Source: Bradymonadia bacterium
GTDB lineage: Bacteria; Myxococcota_A; Bradymonadia; UBA7976; UBA1532
Direction: 5' to 3'
DNA: 64,000 nt
Assembly: GCA_046290225.1 (NCBI GenBank)
Contig: JBKAGE010000035.1
Coordinates: 448,001 to 512,000 of the forward strand
Shown here: positions 17,343-29,634 of the stretch, piece after piece
Layout of the letters: each line of letters starts with the position of its first letter
Numbering within the stretch: the stretch's first letter is position 1
Notes under the pieces: generated by a model
What the model saw: only the letters and a program-made list of their open reading frames with translations
The model's database searches: none
What the model was told of the DNA's origin: nothing
Translations under genes and position numbers: made by a program

Positions 17343-19016
17343 CTACAGAAAGCTCACCTCGACGGCGAAGTTGAGCCGTCGATGGATCTTGCGAATGGGG
17401 GGTTCGCGAAACACCGGTTGAGACACGGTGAGCGTGATCGGATCGAAGACCAGGGCCATGTGGTCGGTGGGGTGCCAACGAAACCCTCCAGGCCTGAGTT
17501 CCAGGAACAAGCCCGTAGAGCCCTTGTCGTCGAAGGTGGCGTCGAACATCAGGATCGATGGCCCGATGGCCGCACTGATGGAGATGAAGTCGTCGAAGAG
17601 CAGCAGCTCGGCGCCAGCGCCGATGTTCAACACACCACCGTCGACCTCGTTGTCGAACTCCAGCGGCATCCAATAACTGCGATCGACGAGTCCGAAGGCC
17701 CGCCACTGCCCCCATCGGTAGCCTGAGCGGAATGTGTAGCCGAAGGCGACGTCGAGGACTGAAGCGTTGCGGGTGTCGTTGAGGCTGTTGACGTGACTGC
17801 CTGCAGAGAAAAACGTCCGCCCTCGCTCTGCCTGAGCAGGCGTGCTCCCGAGGCTGACGGCAAGGCATGCCACCGGAGCGAGCCACCGAGCGCGCCGGAG
17901 ACCCACCAGTAAAAGCAGCAGCCCGAGACCGATGAGCCCAGGCGTTGAGCTGGTGGGACTCACCTCACAGCCGAGGTAGGGGCCTGCAGGATCTTCCATG
18001 GCGATTTTGATCGCGGGGTAGCGGTCAGCGCAGAAGTTGTTCGCCGCCGTACAACACACCTCTGCCTGTCGCGCTTCGTCATCGGCTTCGATGGCTTCGC
18101 GGCACTCGGGTAGATACTCGATCCAACCGCAGCTCTCGGGGCGCGTCACCGAGTCGGGGCAGGCTGAGAGCCCTCTCTCCAAGGCATCCCAGCTGCCAGT
18201 GTGCAAGTAGTCGTCGAAGGCGCGCACCAGCTCCACCGTACGCAGTGTGGATTGCCGAGCGATGGGCTTCACGTCATCGCGGCTGCAATCGTCCAGCGCA
18301 CTCGAGTGGGCGAGGCCATCTCGATCCGATTCCAGATGTCCGTTGATGGCGTCGACGAAGTTGGTGACGTGCATGATGTATTCGTACCGATCACCTGCCC
18401 TGACCATATGAGCGTGTGCGTCTTGGAGGGCATGTGCTGCCCGGCCCAGGTGGTAGACGCTCAGCGCCACCGTGATCTCGAGTGGATCGTAGTGGTCAGC
18501 GTGAAAGGCGCGTTTACCGAGCTCGACGTCAAAATCAGGCGCCCCGCCGAGGTACATCGCCCCGAGGAGCAGCTCCTCGCGGATGACATCTTTGGTGCCC
18601 TCGATGGCGATGAGGTCGCCCATGAGGCCGTCGTCATAGGTGGCGCGCAGAGCATGAGCGTACTGACCGATCGGATCGGGATCTGCGTGCAGGCGACGCA
18701 AGGCCGACAGGTTGAGCGTAGAGTGTCCCTCAGTGTCTGGTGCACGCACGCCGACCACCATGCTCCCGACGACGTACAGCTCCTGGTCGGTGAGGCCTGG
18801 TGGCATCGCGCTGGCGACGGAGGCGATGAGACGGCGAGTGATCCGATCATTGGGGACTTTGACCCTCAACTCGCCGTCGAACCCTTCGAGAAACAACGCT
18901 GCGGCCTCGAAGGTCTGCGCCTCGTGACACGATTCGCTCACGCTGGTGTTCAAGGTATAGGCGCTGGCCGACGCCGAGTAGATCAGCCCGATGCAGAAGA
19001 GCAGTGCAGATCTCAT
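17343..19016 (-). CDS. Secreted His-rich putative Zn hydrolase domain, internal MYXO-CTERM-like motif, C-terminal beta-barrel-like domain
   Basis: Signal peptide ending ASA; SCHE; GRAAHALQDAHAH; GCEVS...GLGLLLLLVGLRRAR; amphipathic beta-strands at the C-terminus. Confidence 0.7.
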   Translation of the reverse strand: MRSALLFCIGLIYSASASAYTLNTSVSESCHEAQTFEAAALFLEGFDGELRVKVPNDRITRRLIASVASAMPPGLTDQELYVVGSMVVGVRAPDTEGHSTLNLSALRRLHADPDPIGQYAHALRATYDDGLMGDLIAIEGTKDVIREELLLGAMYLGGAPDFDVELGKRAFHADHYDPLEITVALSVYHLGRAAHALQDAHAHMVRAGDRYEYIMHVTNFVDAINGHLESDRDGLAHSSALDDCSRDDVKPIARQSTLRTVELVRAFDDYLHTGSWDALERGLSACPDSVTRPESCGWIEYLPECREAIEADDEARQAEVCCTAANNFCADRYPAIKIAMEDPAGPYLGCEVSPTSSTPGLIGLGLLLLLVGLRRARWLAPVACLAVSLGSTPAQAERGRTFFSAGSHVNSLNDTRNASVLDVAFGYTFRSGYRWGQWRAFGLVDRSYWMPLEFDNEVDGGVLNIGAGAELLLFDDFISISAAIGPSILMFDATFDDKGSTGLFLELRPGGFRWHPTDHMALVFDPITLTVSQPVFREPPIRKIHRRLNFAVEVSFL

Positions 19017-19576
19017 AGAAACTCCACGGCGAAGTTCACGCGGTACTGGATGTCGACGAGCGGGATGCCGGAAGGCTCCGGTACGATGAGGAGGCCGCTG
19101 AGGGGCGAAAACGACAACGCGAGATCATCAGCGACCTTGAACCGGTAGGTCACTGCTCTCACCTCCCAGAAGAACCCCAGCGCGCCGGGCTCATCGAGCT
19201 CGGTGCCTTGAACCAGCCATGCAAAACCCACGTTGGTGGAGCTGCGAATGCGGCCTTCGGCAGAGAGCACGCTGACGTCAGCGCCGAGGAGGGCTGTGCT
19301 CACGGCATCGGGCTTGTCGTCGAGCGTGCGGGTGTCGAAGACGTTGTACTCGGCGCCGACGCCAAGACCGAATCGGCCCCAGTGATGCAGCACCTTTCCG
19401 CCAGCACCAAAGGCGCGCAGAGAGGTTGAGTCGCCTGCTTCTGCGCTGATCAGCGAGGCGCCGATCTCGGGCTGTAGAATCCACTCTCTCTCAGGGACGC
19501 GGGGCGCTGCACATCCCGCCACACCCCACAGCGCCAGGAGGCAGAGGCATCGATAAATGCTGAACATCAGAACCAA
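19013..19576 (-). CDS. Lipoprotein with outer-membrane beta-barrel-like domain
   Basis: Lipobox VAGC; ends RVNFAVEFL, similar to the RLNFAVEVSFL end of the downstream gene; 4-bp overlap. Confidence 0.7.
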   Translation of the reverse strand: MVLMFSIYRCLCLLALWGVAGCAAPRVPEREWILQPEIGASLISAEAGDSTSLRAFGAGGKVLHHWGRFGLGVGAEYNVFDTRTLDDKPDAVSTALLGADVSVLSAEGRIRSSTNVGFAWLVQGTELDEPGALGFFWEVRAVTYRFKVADDLALSFSPLSGLLIVPEPSGIPLVDIQYRVNFAVEFL

Positions 19577-19707
19577 AAATATGAGGGTTGTTCATCAGGG
19601 ATAGATGAGCGATTGAGAATTCTCAATGGCGAGACGCGCCAAAACACCATCCGAGGGCGACAACATGGCCCTGATCCCGGCCTGCGAGGATCTGCTGCCA
19701 TGAGGCA

Positions 19708-19736
19708 TTGACAGCGGCACTGCAAACAAGTACCAC
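19708..19736 (+). promoter_or_regulatory. Putative sigma70 promoter of the kdsB operon
   Basis: TTGACA-17bp-TACCAC just upstream of the kdsB GTG. Confidence 0.45.
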
Positions 19737-19748
19737 CGCCAATCGATC

Positions 19749-22866
<3,118 letters not shown>

Positions 22867-22886
<20 letters not shown>

Positions 22887-23778
22887 GTTGCTCCGCCGGC
22901 GCATCAAGGTCTTTACCCGGCCTTTGAGGCACCGCCTCGCGTGGGGCGCCCTGAAGATGCTGGCCCTGGCCCTCGGGGTCTTGCCGCTGACCTGGGCTCA
23001 GGCCCTGGGGCGTGGCCTCGGCCGGTGCGTGGGGTTTTGTGTGCGCGCCGAGTCGCGGGCCATGGCGCAGCGGATCGCCGTGGCGGCTCTGGCGCATCGG
23101 CCCTCCGCAGGTGATTGCTGGGCAGATCTCGGCCAGAGGCTGGTGGAGCTGTTGGTGCACCCCAAGGTGTTGCCGCACGTCGACGTTGATCCAGCAGCAA
23201 AGCGTTGCCTCGACGAGGCCCTCGCAGAAGGCCGGGGCCTGGTGGTGGCCACAGGACACCTGGGCCATTGGGAGCTGATGGCGGCGGCCCTCGCCCGTGA
23301 AGGCTATACGGTGCACTCCACTGCGGCTCGCAGACGTACTGGCCCGGTGCATCGATGGCTCGAAGAGACCCGGGCGGCGCTGCAAGTGAGTACGCACACC
23401 CCCGGAGGCGGCGCTCGTGGGGTCATGCGTATTCTGAAAGCAGGCGGCGCCATGGGCATCTTCGTCGATCAGAATACGGGAGAGCGGGGCACGGAAGTGT
23501 CGTTTTTAGGCCACCTGGCGCCCACACCTCTGACCTGTGGTCGGCTGGTATGTCGCAGTGACACGGCATTGTGTGTGGTGTGGAACCTGCGACACGGTAA
23601 GGGCTACCGAGTCTACGCACTGCCCGTGGCGACTTCGGTGAATACGACCCCCGAGCGTGTGGCCCAGGAGACGAGCGACATCCTCGCGGCGCAGATCGCG
23701 AAATGCCCGGAACAGTGGGTCTGGCAACATGATCGATGGGGGCGGGTCATAGATGACCCCCCAGGGTCAAGAAAATAA
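22867..23778 (+). CDS. Lipid A late acyltransferase (LpxL/HtrB family)
   Basis: TGHLGHWE, FVDQ, PEQWVWQHDRW. Confidence 0.9.
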
Positions 23779-23803
23779 CAAGCACACTGCGTACCAATAT
23801 GGT

Positions 23804-23833
23804 TTGCCTGCTCGGCACGAATGCTGCTACTGT
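23804..23833 (+). promoter_or_regulatory. Overlapping putative sigma70 promoter and sigma54-like site upstream of lptA-lptB-rpoN
   Basis: TTGCCT-18bp-TACTGT, with CGGCACGAATGCTGC (23813-23827) inside the spacer. Confidence 0.4.
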
Positions 23834-23840
23834 TTCGAGC

Positions 23841-24437
23841 ATGCTTGAAATCGAGGCGCCCATCACCCCCACTCCAAAGGCGGGCTGGCCCATGTGTCAG
23901 GCCGCCGTCGGGGCTTCGCGCAGATCGTTGCGCGGGTCACTGCTGAGCGCAGTGATCCTGGGCGGTATCTGGTCCTCGACAGCCACAGCAGAGCCTGCGG
24001 CAGCACCCAATGCCAGGCCTGCCTCAGAGGCCATCCCTCTCGACATTCGCGCTGACAACCTGGTGTTGAACCAGAAGCAGGGCACCGCCCGCTTCACCGG
24101 ACACGTCGTGGCCCGACAAGGTGACTTCGAGTTGCGGTGTGGTCTCATCAAAGCCCGATACGATGACGAGGGTGTCCTGCAAACCATCGACGCCGAGGGT
24201 GAGGTCACCGTAAAGGGTGAAGGCCTCAAGGCCATGGCGCGTCAGGCAACGTATCGGCACGAAGAAGGCGTGCTCACCCTCACCGGCGAGCCCAGGCTGG
24301 AGCGCGCCGGAGCGTGGCTCACAGGCGCGCGCATCCGGTACTGGCCCGAGGGGGGCAAGGTGCAAATCGAGCAGGCTCGAGGTCAGTTCAAGGCCCCGCC
24401 TCTGGCTCGAACACTCAAAAAGAGGGCGAGCCGATGA
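23841..24437 (+). CDS. lptA: LPS transport periplasmic protein (LptA/OstA family); start uncertain
   Basis: PLDIRADNL...ARFTGHVVARQG...LTLTGEP jellyroll pattern; directly before lptB. Confidence 0.85.
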   Translation: MLEIEAPITPTPKAGWPMCQAAVGASRRSLRGSLLSAVILGGIWSSTATAEPAAAPNARPASEAIPLDIRADNLVLNQKQGTARFTGHVVARQGDFELRCGLIKARYDDEGVLQTIDAEGEVTVKGEGLKAMARQATYRHEEGVLTLTGEPRLERAGAWLTGARIRYWPEGGKVQIEQARGQFKAPPLARTLKKRASR

Positions 24438-25216
24438 GCGATCTGGGGCTGCGCGCCATCGGGTTGCACCGCACCTTGCGGCGGCATCCGTGGTCCAGGC
24501 CCCAGACGGTGGTGCGCGATCTCGATCTCGAGGTCCGCTCAGGCGAGATCGTCGGCTTGTTGGGGCCCAATGGCGCGGGCAAGACCACCACGTTCCGCAT
24601 GTTGGCCGGCTTGCTCAAGGCTCAGCGTGGTCGTGTAGAGCTCGCAGGCCGTGACATCACGCGGCTGCCGTTGTGGCGCCGGGCGCGGGCAGGCCTGGGA
24701 TATTTGCCACAGCGGCCGACCTTGTTGCCTGATCTCACCGCCCGTCAGAACGTGGCTTTGGGATTGGGGCGTCAGGGTCTGAGTCATTCCGAGCGAGGGC
24801 ATCAGGCCGAGGCTCTGCTCGAACGATTTTCATTGGGGCATGTGATGCATGCCCCTGGGGGCACCCTCAGCGGGGGGGAGCGACGGAGAGTGGAGATCAT
24901 CCGCGCTCTCGCCGCCCAGCCGCGGGTGCTCCTCGTCGACGAGCCCTTCGCGGGGCTCGATCCGAAAGCCGCCGACGAGGTCGTCGCGCAGCTTCGGGCA
25001 ATCACCGCCCACGGCACCGGAGTGCTGCTCACCGATCATCACGTCGGTCGCGCCTTCAACGCCTGTGAGCGGGCCTATGTGCTTCACAGCGGCGCGTTGC
25101 TGCTGGAAGGCGATCCCGAGACCATCGCCAGTGACGCCCGCGTGCGGCAGATCTGGCTCGGTGACGCGTTCGGATCTGCCTCCAGCGATGGCGCGCATCG
25201 CCCGCAGGGCCGCTGA
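24434..25216 (+). CDS. lptB: LPS export ABC transporter ATPase
   Basis: GPNGAGKTT, LSGGERRRVEI, DEPFAG, LLTDH; between lptA and rpoN. Confidence 0.93.
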   Translation: MSDLGLRAIGLHRTLRRHPWSRPQTVVRDLDLEVRSGEIVGLLGPNGAGKTTTFRMLAGLLKAQRGRVELAGRDITRLPLWRRARAGLGYLPQRPTLLPDLTARQNVALGLGRQGLSHSERGHQAEALLERFSLGHVMHAPGGTLSGGERRRVEIIRALAAQPRVLLVDEPFAGLDPKAADEVVAQLRAITAHGTGVLLTDHHVGRAFNACERAYVLHSGALLLEGDPETIASDARVRQIWLGDAFGSASSDGAHRPQGR

Positions 25217-25238
25217 GAGGGAGACTCAAGGGGAGATT

Positions 25239-26705
25239 ATGGCGCTCGAACTCCGACAGTCAGTGAGCATGAAGCAGACTCTGCAGTTGCGGATGACCCC
25301 GCAGTTGCAGCAGGCCATCAAGCTGCTCCAGCTCAACCGTATGGATCTGGTCAGCGCGGTGCGCAACGAGCTCCTCGAGAACCCCATGCTCGAAGAGCAG
25401 TCTGAGATCACCTCTGCCGAGGCGCATCTGCAGAGCAACGCCGAGATCAAGCACACCGCTGAGAAGCTCGACCAGAGCTCCACGGTGAGCGGCGCCGAGC
25501 AGACCACCGAGAAGGCCCAGAAGGAGATCGACTGGGAGGCCTATCTGGCCAACTACTCGTCGCCGACGCCAGGGGCAGGCCCTCAGCGGCTGCGAGACGA
25601 CGATCTCCCGGGCTACGAGGCCACGCTCACCAAGAGCACTACTCTCTTCGATCACCTGATGTGGCAGCTGCAGGTCTCCGATCTCGCCGAGCAGGAACGA
25701 GAGGTGGCCCTGGTGATCATCGGCAATGTTGATGACGATGGCTACATGAAGATGGTCACAGTCGAGCAGATCGCCGACGAGGTCGATCGAGATGTCGAGT
25801 ACGTCGAAGAGGTGCTCGGGCTGGTACAGGCCTTCGACCCTGTGGGTGTCGCAGCGCGAGATCTACGAGAGTGCCTGCTGATTCAGGCCCGCTTGCTCGA
25901 GGCCGGAGCCATCGTCGAAGATGTGATCGGCGATCACATGGACAACCTCGAGAAGAAGAACTACCTGGCCATCGCCCGAGAGATGGACATCGAACTCGAC
26001 GAGGTCATCGAGGCGGCGAAGATCATCAGCCAGATGGAGCCGAAGCCCGGGCGCCCCTTCGCCACGGACGAGTCGCAGTACATCACCCCCGACATCTACA
26101 TCAAAAAGGTCGACGGGGAGTACGTCACCATCCTCAACGAGGACGGCCTGCCCAAGCTGAAGGTGAGCAACTTCTATCGCAACGCCCTCGTGGGCAAGGG
26201 CAACAAGGACACAAAGAACTACGTCAAAGACAAGCTCAACGCCGCGCAGTGGCTCATCTCGAGCATCCAGCAGCGCCAGCGCACGATCGTGAAGGTGACC
26301 GACAGCATCTTGCGGTTCCAGCGCGACTTCTTCGAGAAGGGGGTCGAGCACCTCAAGCCCCTGATCCTACGCGACGTCGCTGAAGACATCGGCATGCACG
26401 AATCTACGGTGAGCCGCGTGACCAACGGCAAGTACGTGCACACCGAGCGGGGCATCTACGAGCTGAAGTACTTCTTCAACTCGTCGATCGGCTCGAACGA
26501 CGGATCTGGCGATCTGGCGAGCGAGGCGGTGAAGTCGAAGATCAAGGCCCTGGTGGCGGACGAGAACCCCAAGAAGCCTCTGAGCGATCAGAAGATCGTC
26601 GATCAGCTGGCAAAAGACGGGGTGAAGATCGCCCGCCGCACGGTGGCGAAGTACCGCGAGATGATGGGCATCCTCCCCAGCAGCAAGAGAAAGCGCTTGT
26701 TCTAA
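25239..26705 (+). CDS. rpoN: RNA polymerase sigma-54 factor
   Basis: MTPQLQQAIKLLQL, MHESTVSR, RpoN box ARRTVAKYRE. Confidence 0.99.
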   Translation: MALELRQSVSMKQTLQLRMTPQLQQAIKLLQLNRMDLVSAVRNELLENPMLEEQSEITSAEAHLQSNAEIKHTAEKLDQSSTVSGAEQTTEKAQKEIDWEAYLANYSSPTPGAGPQRLRDDDLPGYEATLTKSTTLFDHLMWQLQVSDLAEQEREVALVIIGNVDDDGYMKMVTVEQIADEVDRDVEYVEEVLGLVQAFDPVGVAARDLRECLLIQARLLEAGAIVEDVIGDHMDNLEKKNYLAIAREMDIELDEVIEAAKIISQMEPKPGRPFATDESQYITPDIYIKKVDGEYVTILNEDGLPKLKVSNFYRNALVGKGNKDTKNYVKDKLNAAQWLISSIQQRQRTIVKVTDSILRFQRDFFEKGVEHLKPLILRDVAEDIGMHESTVSRVTNGKYVHTERGIYELKYFFNSSIGSNDGSGDLASEAVKSKIKALVADENPKKPLSDQKIVDQLAKDGVKIARRTVAKYREMMGILPSSKRKRLF

Positions 26706-26711
26706 GTTTGC

Positions 26712-26885
26712 TACGGCGCTCCGGCGGCGTCAGCCGCCGTGACGCCGGCGATTTCCTGCCCAGCTACGACTTTTCGGTCCTCGACGCAGCGCTGGCAAAG
26801 GCCTTCGCTGCGCCTGCGGGTGAAAGCCCGCATCTGAACGAGAACTCACCGACCTCACGACGACTGCCGCCACCGCCGCGACGTA
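26712..26885. repeat. Structured hairpin element (MITE-like or ncRNA), copy 1
   Basis: Degenerate ~34-nt inverted arms around core TCCTCGACGCAGC...GCTGCGCCTGCGG. Confidence 0.5.
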
Positions 26886-27094
26886 CCCATCTGACAGGCA
26901 TGTTGGAACACTGCTCCGGCACATGTTTCTTTTTGTTTTAATGTTTCTTTTTGCTCCATGGCGGACAGCCCGTTTTGGGGCAAGGTGAAACGAACCGAAC
27001 CAGACTCACTGAAGTCATTTTTACTGATGCTGTGTGGTTTAAGTGTTTGTAATTTATGCGAAATGTTGCCCGTGTGTGTCTGTGTGGGGGAGTG

Positions 27095-27110
27095 TGGCAC
27101 GTTTGTTGGA
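27095..27110 (+). promoter_or_regulatory. Putative sigma54 promoter
   Basis: TGGCACGTTTGTTGGA: perfect -24 element, -12 is TTGG rather than TTGC; preceded by an AT-rich tract. Confidence 0.4.
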
Positions 27111-27157
27111 AAAGGAGGGACTTGGGTAGACGAACGGCCCACTCAACAAGGAGACAG

Positions 27158-27799
27158 ATGATGTGGAAGAAGTTGGTTGTGTTCTCGGCAGCGTCCCTGA
27201 TGGTACTCGGCTGCGATGCCATCGATGAGCAGGATGAAGCGTCCACTGACGAGGCGTTGAACGTGGGGGTGAGTGAGAGTGCTCTATTCGACCCCAATGA
27301 TTGGGACCGTGATGGCCTGACCAATGCTGAGGAGCGCCGACTGGGGACCAACCCTCGCCGGAACGATACTGATGGTGATCGAGTAGGCGATGGTCTTGAG
27401 GTGCTCAGGCTCGGAACTGATCCGCTCGATCGTGATACCGACGATGATCAGCTCAGTGATGGTGTGGAGTTTAGAACTACGGGCACAGATCCCCTCAAGT
27501 TCGACAGTGATGGTGATCGCATGGGTGATGGCAGAGAGGTGAACCGTCTCGGGACCGATCCGCTCGACCCAGACACGGATGGGGATCAGCTCGATGATGG
27601 TCGAGAGGTAAGGGAGACGCGTACTGATCCTCTGAAGCGAGACACCGACGGTGATCGTCTCGGGGATGGCCGTGAGGTGAATCGTATCGGCTCGAATCCT
27701 CTGGTGTACGACACCGATGGAGACGGTGTTTGTGATGGTGACGAGGTCAGAGCTGGGAGCGATCCGCTCGATCCGAACAGCACGCCTTGGAACCCCTGA
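27158..27799 (+). CDS. Lipoprotein with ~7 DxDxDG calcium-binding (bacterial thrombospondin type 3-like) repeats
   Basis: Lipobox VLGC; ~23-aa repeats DTDGDxxGDGxEVxxxGTDPL; RBS AGGAG. Confidence 0.85.
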   Translation: MMWKKLVVFSAASLMVLGCDAIDEQDEASTDEALNVGVSESALFDPNDWDRDGLTNAEERRLGTNPRRNDTDGDRVGDGLEVLRLGTDPLDRDTDDDQLSDGVEFRTTGTDPLKFDSDGDRMGDGREVNRLGTDPLDPDTDGDQLDDGREVRETRTDPLKRDTDGDRLGDGREVNRIGSNPLVYDTDGDGVCDGDEVRAGSDPLDPNSTPWNP

Positions 27800-27983
27800 G
27801 AGGTCTCAGGGCTCAACATGATCCAAGCCATACGCCCGCCTGAGTGCTCCTCCCGCACCTGATCCATCCCAGCTCCAGCCCCTCTTTTTCGATCCCCGCA
27901 CCCCTACAGCAGATCCTGTGATACCACTGAGGGCGAATGTGAAGGGCCACCGGTCCGCCAGCCCTCAGGAGACGCGTTCACCC

Positions 27984-28445
27984 ATGCGCATCACCGACTT
28001 TTTGAGCCCCGTCGCCGTCGAAGCCCACCTCAAAGCCTCCACCAAGCAAGGTGTGTTGCGCGAGCTCGTGGGCAGCATCTTGAAGGTCAACCCTGATCTC
28101 GATCCGAACTTGCTCGTCGAGACCCTTCAACAGCGCGAGAAGCTCCAGAGCACCGGCATCATCGAAGGCATCGCCATCCCCCACGGCAAGTCCGACAAGA
28201 TCGACGGGATCATCGCCTGTCTCGGTCGCAGCATCGATGGGGTCGACTTCAAGAGCCTCGATGGAGGCCCTACATATTTGTTCTTCACTTTGCTCGTGCC
28301 CACGTCGAGTCAAGGATTGCACTTGAAGGCCCTCGCTCGAGTAAGCAGGCTGTGCAAAGACCCGGCGACAGTGGAAGCGCTGTTGAGTGCCCCCGACGCC
28401 GAGTCGATGTACGCGATCATCGCTGCCGAAGACGAAAAGCTCTAG
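27984..28445 (+). CDS. ptsN: PTS EIIA(Ntr)-like protein
   Basis: REKLQSTG...IAIPHGK, HLKALARVSRL; rpoN context. Confidence 0.9.
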   Translation: MRITDFLSPVAVEAHLKASTKQGVLRELVGSILKVNPDLDPNLLVETLQQREKLQSTGIIEGIAIPHGKSDKIDGIIACLGRSIDGVDFKSLDGGPTYLFFTLLVPTSSQGLHLKALARVSRLCKDPATVEALLSAPDAESMYAIIAAEDEKL

Positions 28446-28493
28446 AGACACATGCGAGAGCCCACACCAGACCGAGCCCCCCGGAGGGGCGCA

Positions 28494-28648
28494 GGCTGTG
28501 GGGTTCGGTGGCTGTGACGTGAGGCGTAGTGGCTGAGTGGTGACCCACACCGCAGGGGTAGCCAGCAAAGGCTTTTGCCGGCTACCTCGAGGATTGGGGC
28601 GTTGCGCAGACGCTGCGGAGCGCGGCGCAGACGCCGGACCCCACAGCC
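28494..28648. repeat. Structured hairpin element (MITE-like), copy 2, opposite orientation
   Basis: Arms GGCTGTGGGGTTCGG / CCGGACCCCACAGCC; core CCGCAGGGGTAGC...GCTACCTCGAGGA is reverse-complement-similar to the copy 1 core. Confidence 0.55.
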
Positions 28649-28665
28649 GGAGCCCCGGAGGAAGA

Positions 28666-29634
28666 ATGGAAGCCACCGTCGGCGAAGTGTTACGGGCAGG
28701 CACCATCCGTCAATCGTTCACCGTCGTCGCCGGTGCCCATGGCCTCGATCGACAGGTCAGGTCGAAGAGCATCCAGCGGCTCGGTGTGGGCCTCACCGGC
28801 TACACCAAACACCTCGACGTGAATCGGATTCAGCTGATCGGGCAATCCGAGACCGGTTATCTCGCCACCCTCGCACCCCTCGATCGGCTCAAGCTGCTCA
28901 GCCATCTCATCGCCGTGGGGTTTCCTGCCGTGGTCATCACCACCGGGTTACAGGCACCCCCCGAGCTCATCGAGCTCGCCGAGATGCACGACTGCGTCAT
29001 CATCTCCACCGAGCTCGAGTCTGCCGATGCCATCGACATGCTCAACACCGTGCTCGCCGCGCGGCTGTCGCCGAGAGAGAGCATGCACGGATGCCTGCTC
29101 GACGTGTACGGCGTCGGGGTGCTCATCACGGGGAAGTCGGGCATCGGCAAGAGTGAGCTCGCCCTCGAGCTCGTGGAGCACGGCGCCCGCCTCGTCGCTG
29201 ATGACGTCGTCGTACTTCATCAGCTCACCGCCGGGGTGATCATCGGCGCCGCCACCGAGCTGAGCCGACACCACATGGAGATCCGCGGCATCGGGATCAT
29301 CAACGTCAAAGATCTCTTCGGCGCCGCTGCAGTGCGTGAGCGCAAGCGTGTGGAGATCATCGTCGAGTTGATGGACTGGGACCCTGAGGCAGAGTATGAC
29401 CGAATTGGGGTCGAGACCCGTCACATGCACATTGCCGGAGTGCCGATCCCACACCTGACGATTCCTGTCAGGCCCGGTCGATCATTGCGGCTCATCGTCG
29501 AGGTGGCTGCACGCAATCGGTTGCTTCAAGCCCAGGGCATACACTCTGCCCAGGCCTTTACCGAGCGGCTCACCCAGCTCTTGAGCAGGGGGGCGGCCCC
29601 GTTGGCAGATCATTCGGAGGCAGACTTTGAGTGA
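28666..29634 (+). CDS. hprK: HPr kinase/phosphorylase
   Basis: HGCLLDVYGVGVLITGKSGIGKSE, LVADD, MEIRGIGII, PVRPGR. Confidence 0.97.
   Translation: MEATVGEVLRAGTIRQSFTVVAGAHGLDRQVRSKSIQRLGVGLTGYTKHLDVNRIQLIGQSETGYLATLAPLDRLKLLSHLIAVGFPAVVITTGLQAPPELIELAEMHDCVIISTELESADAIDMLNTVLAARLSPRESMHGCLLDVYGVGVLITGKSGIGKSELALELVEHGARLVADDVVVLHQLTAGVIIGAATELSRHHMEIRGIGIINVKDLFGAAAVRERKRVEIIVELMDWDPEAEYDRIGVETRHMHIAGVPIPHLTIPVRPGRSLRLIVEVAARNRLLQAQGIHSAQAFTERLTQLLSRGAAPLADHSEADFE

Noticed and set aside
26712..26885. 6S RNA
   Set aside because: Size and rod shape fit, but I recognise no 6S consensus and the core recurs at 28549-28593, which favours a repeat family. Not excluded without an Rfam scan.
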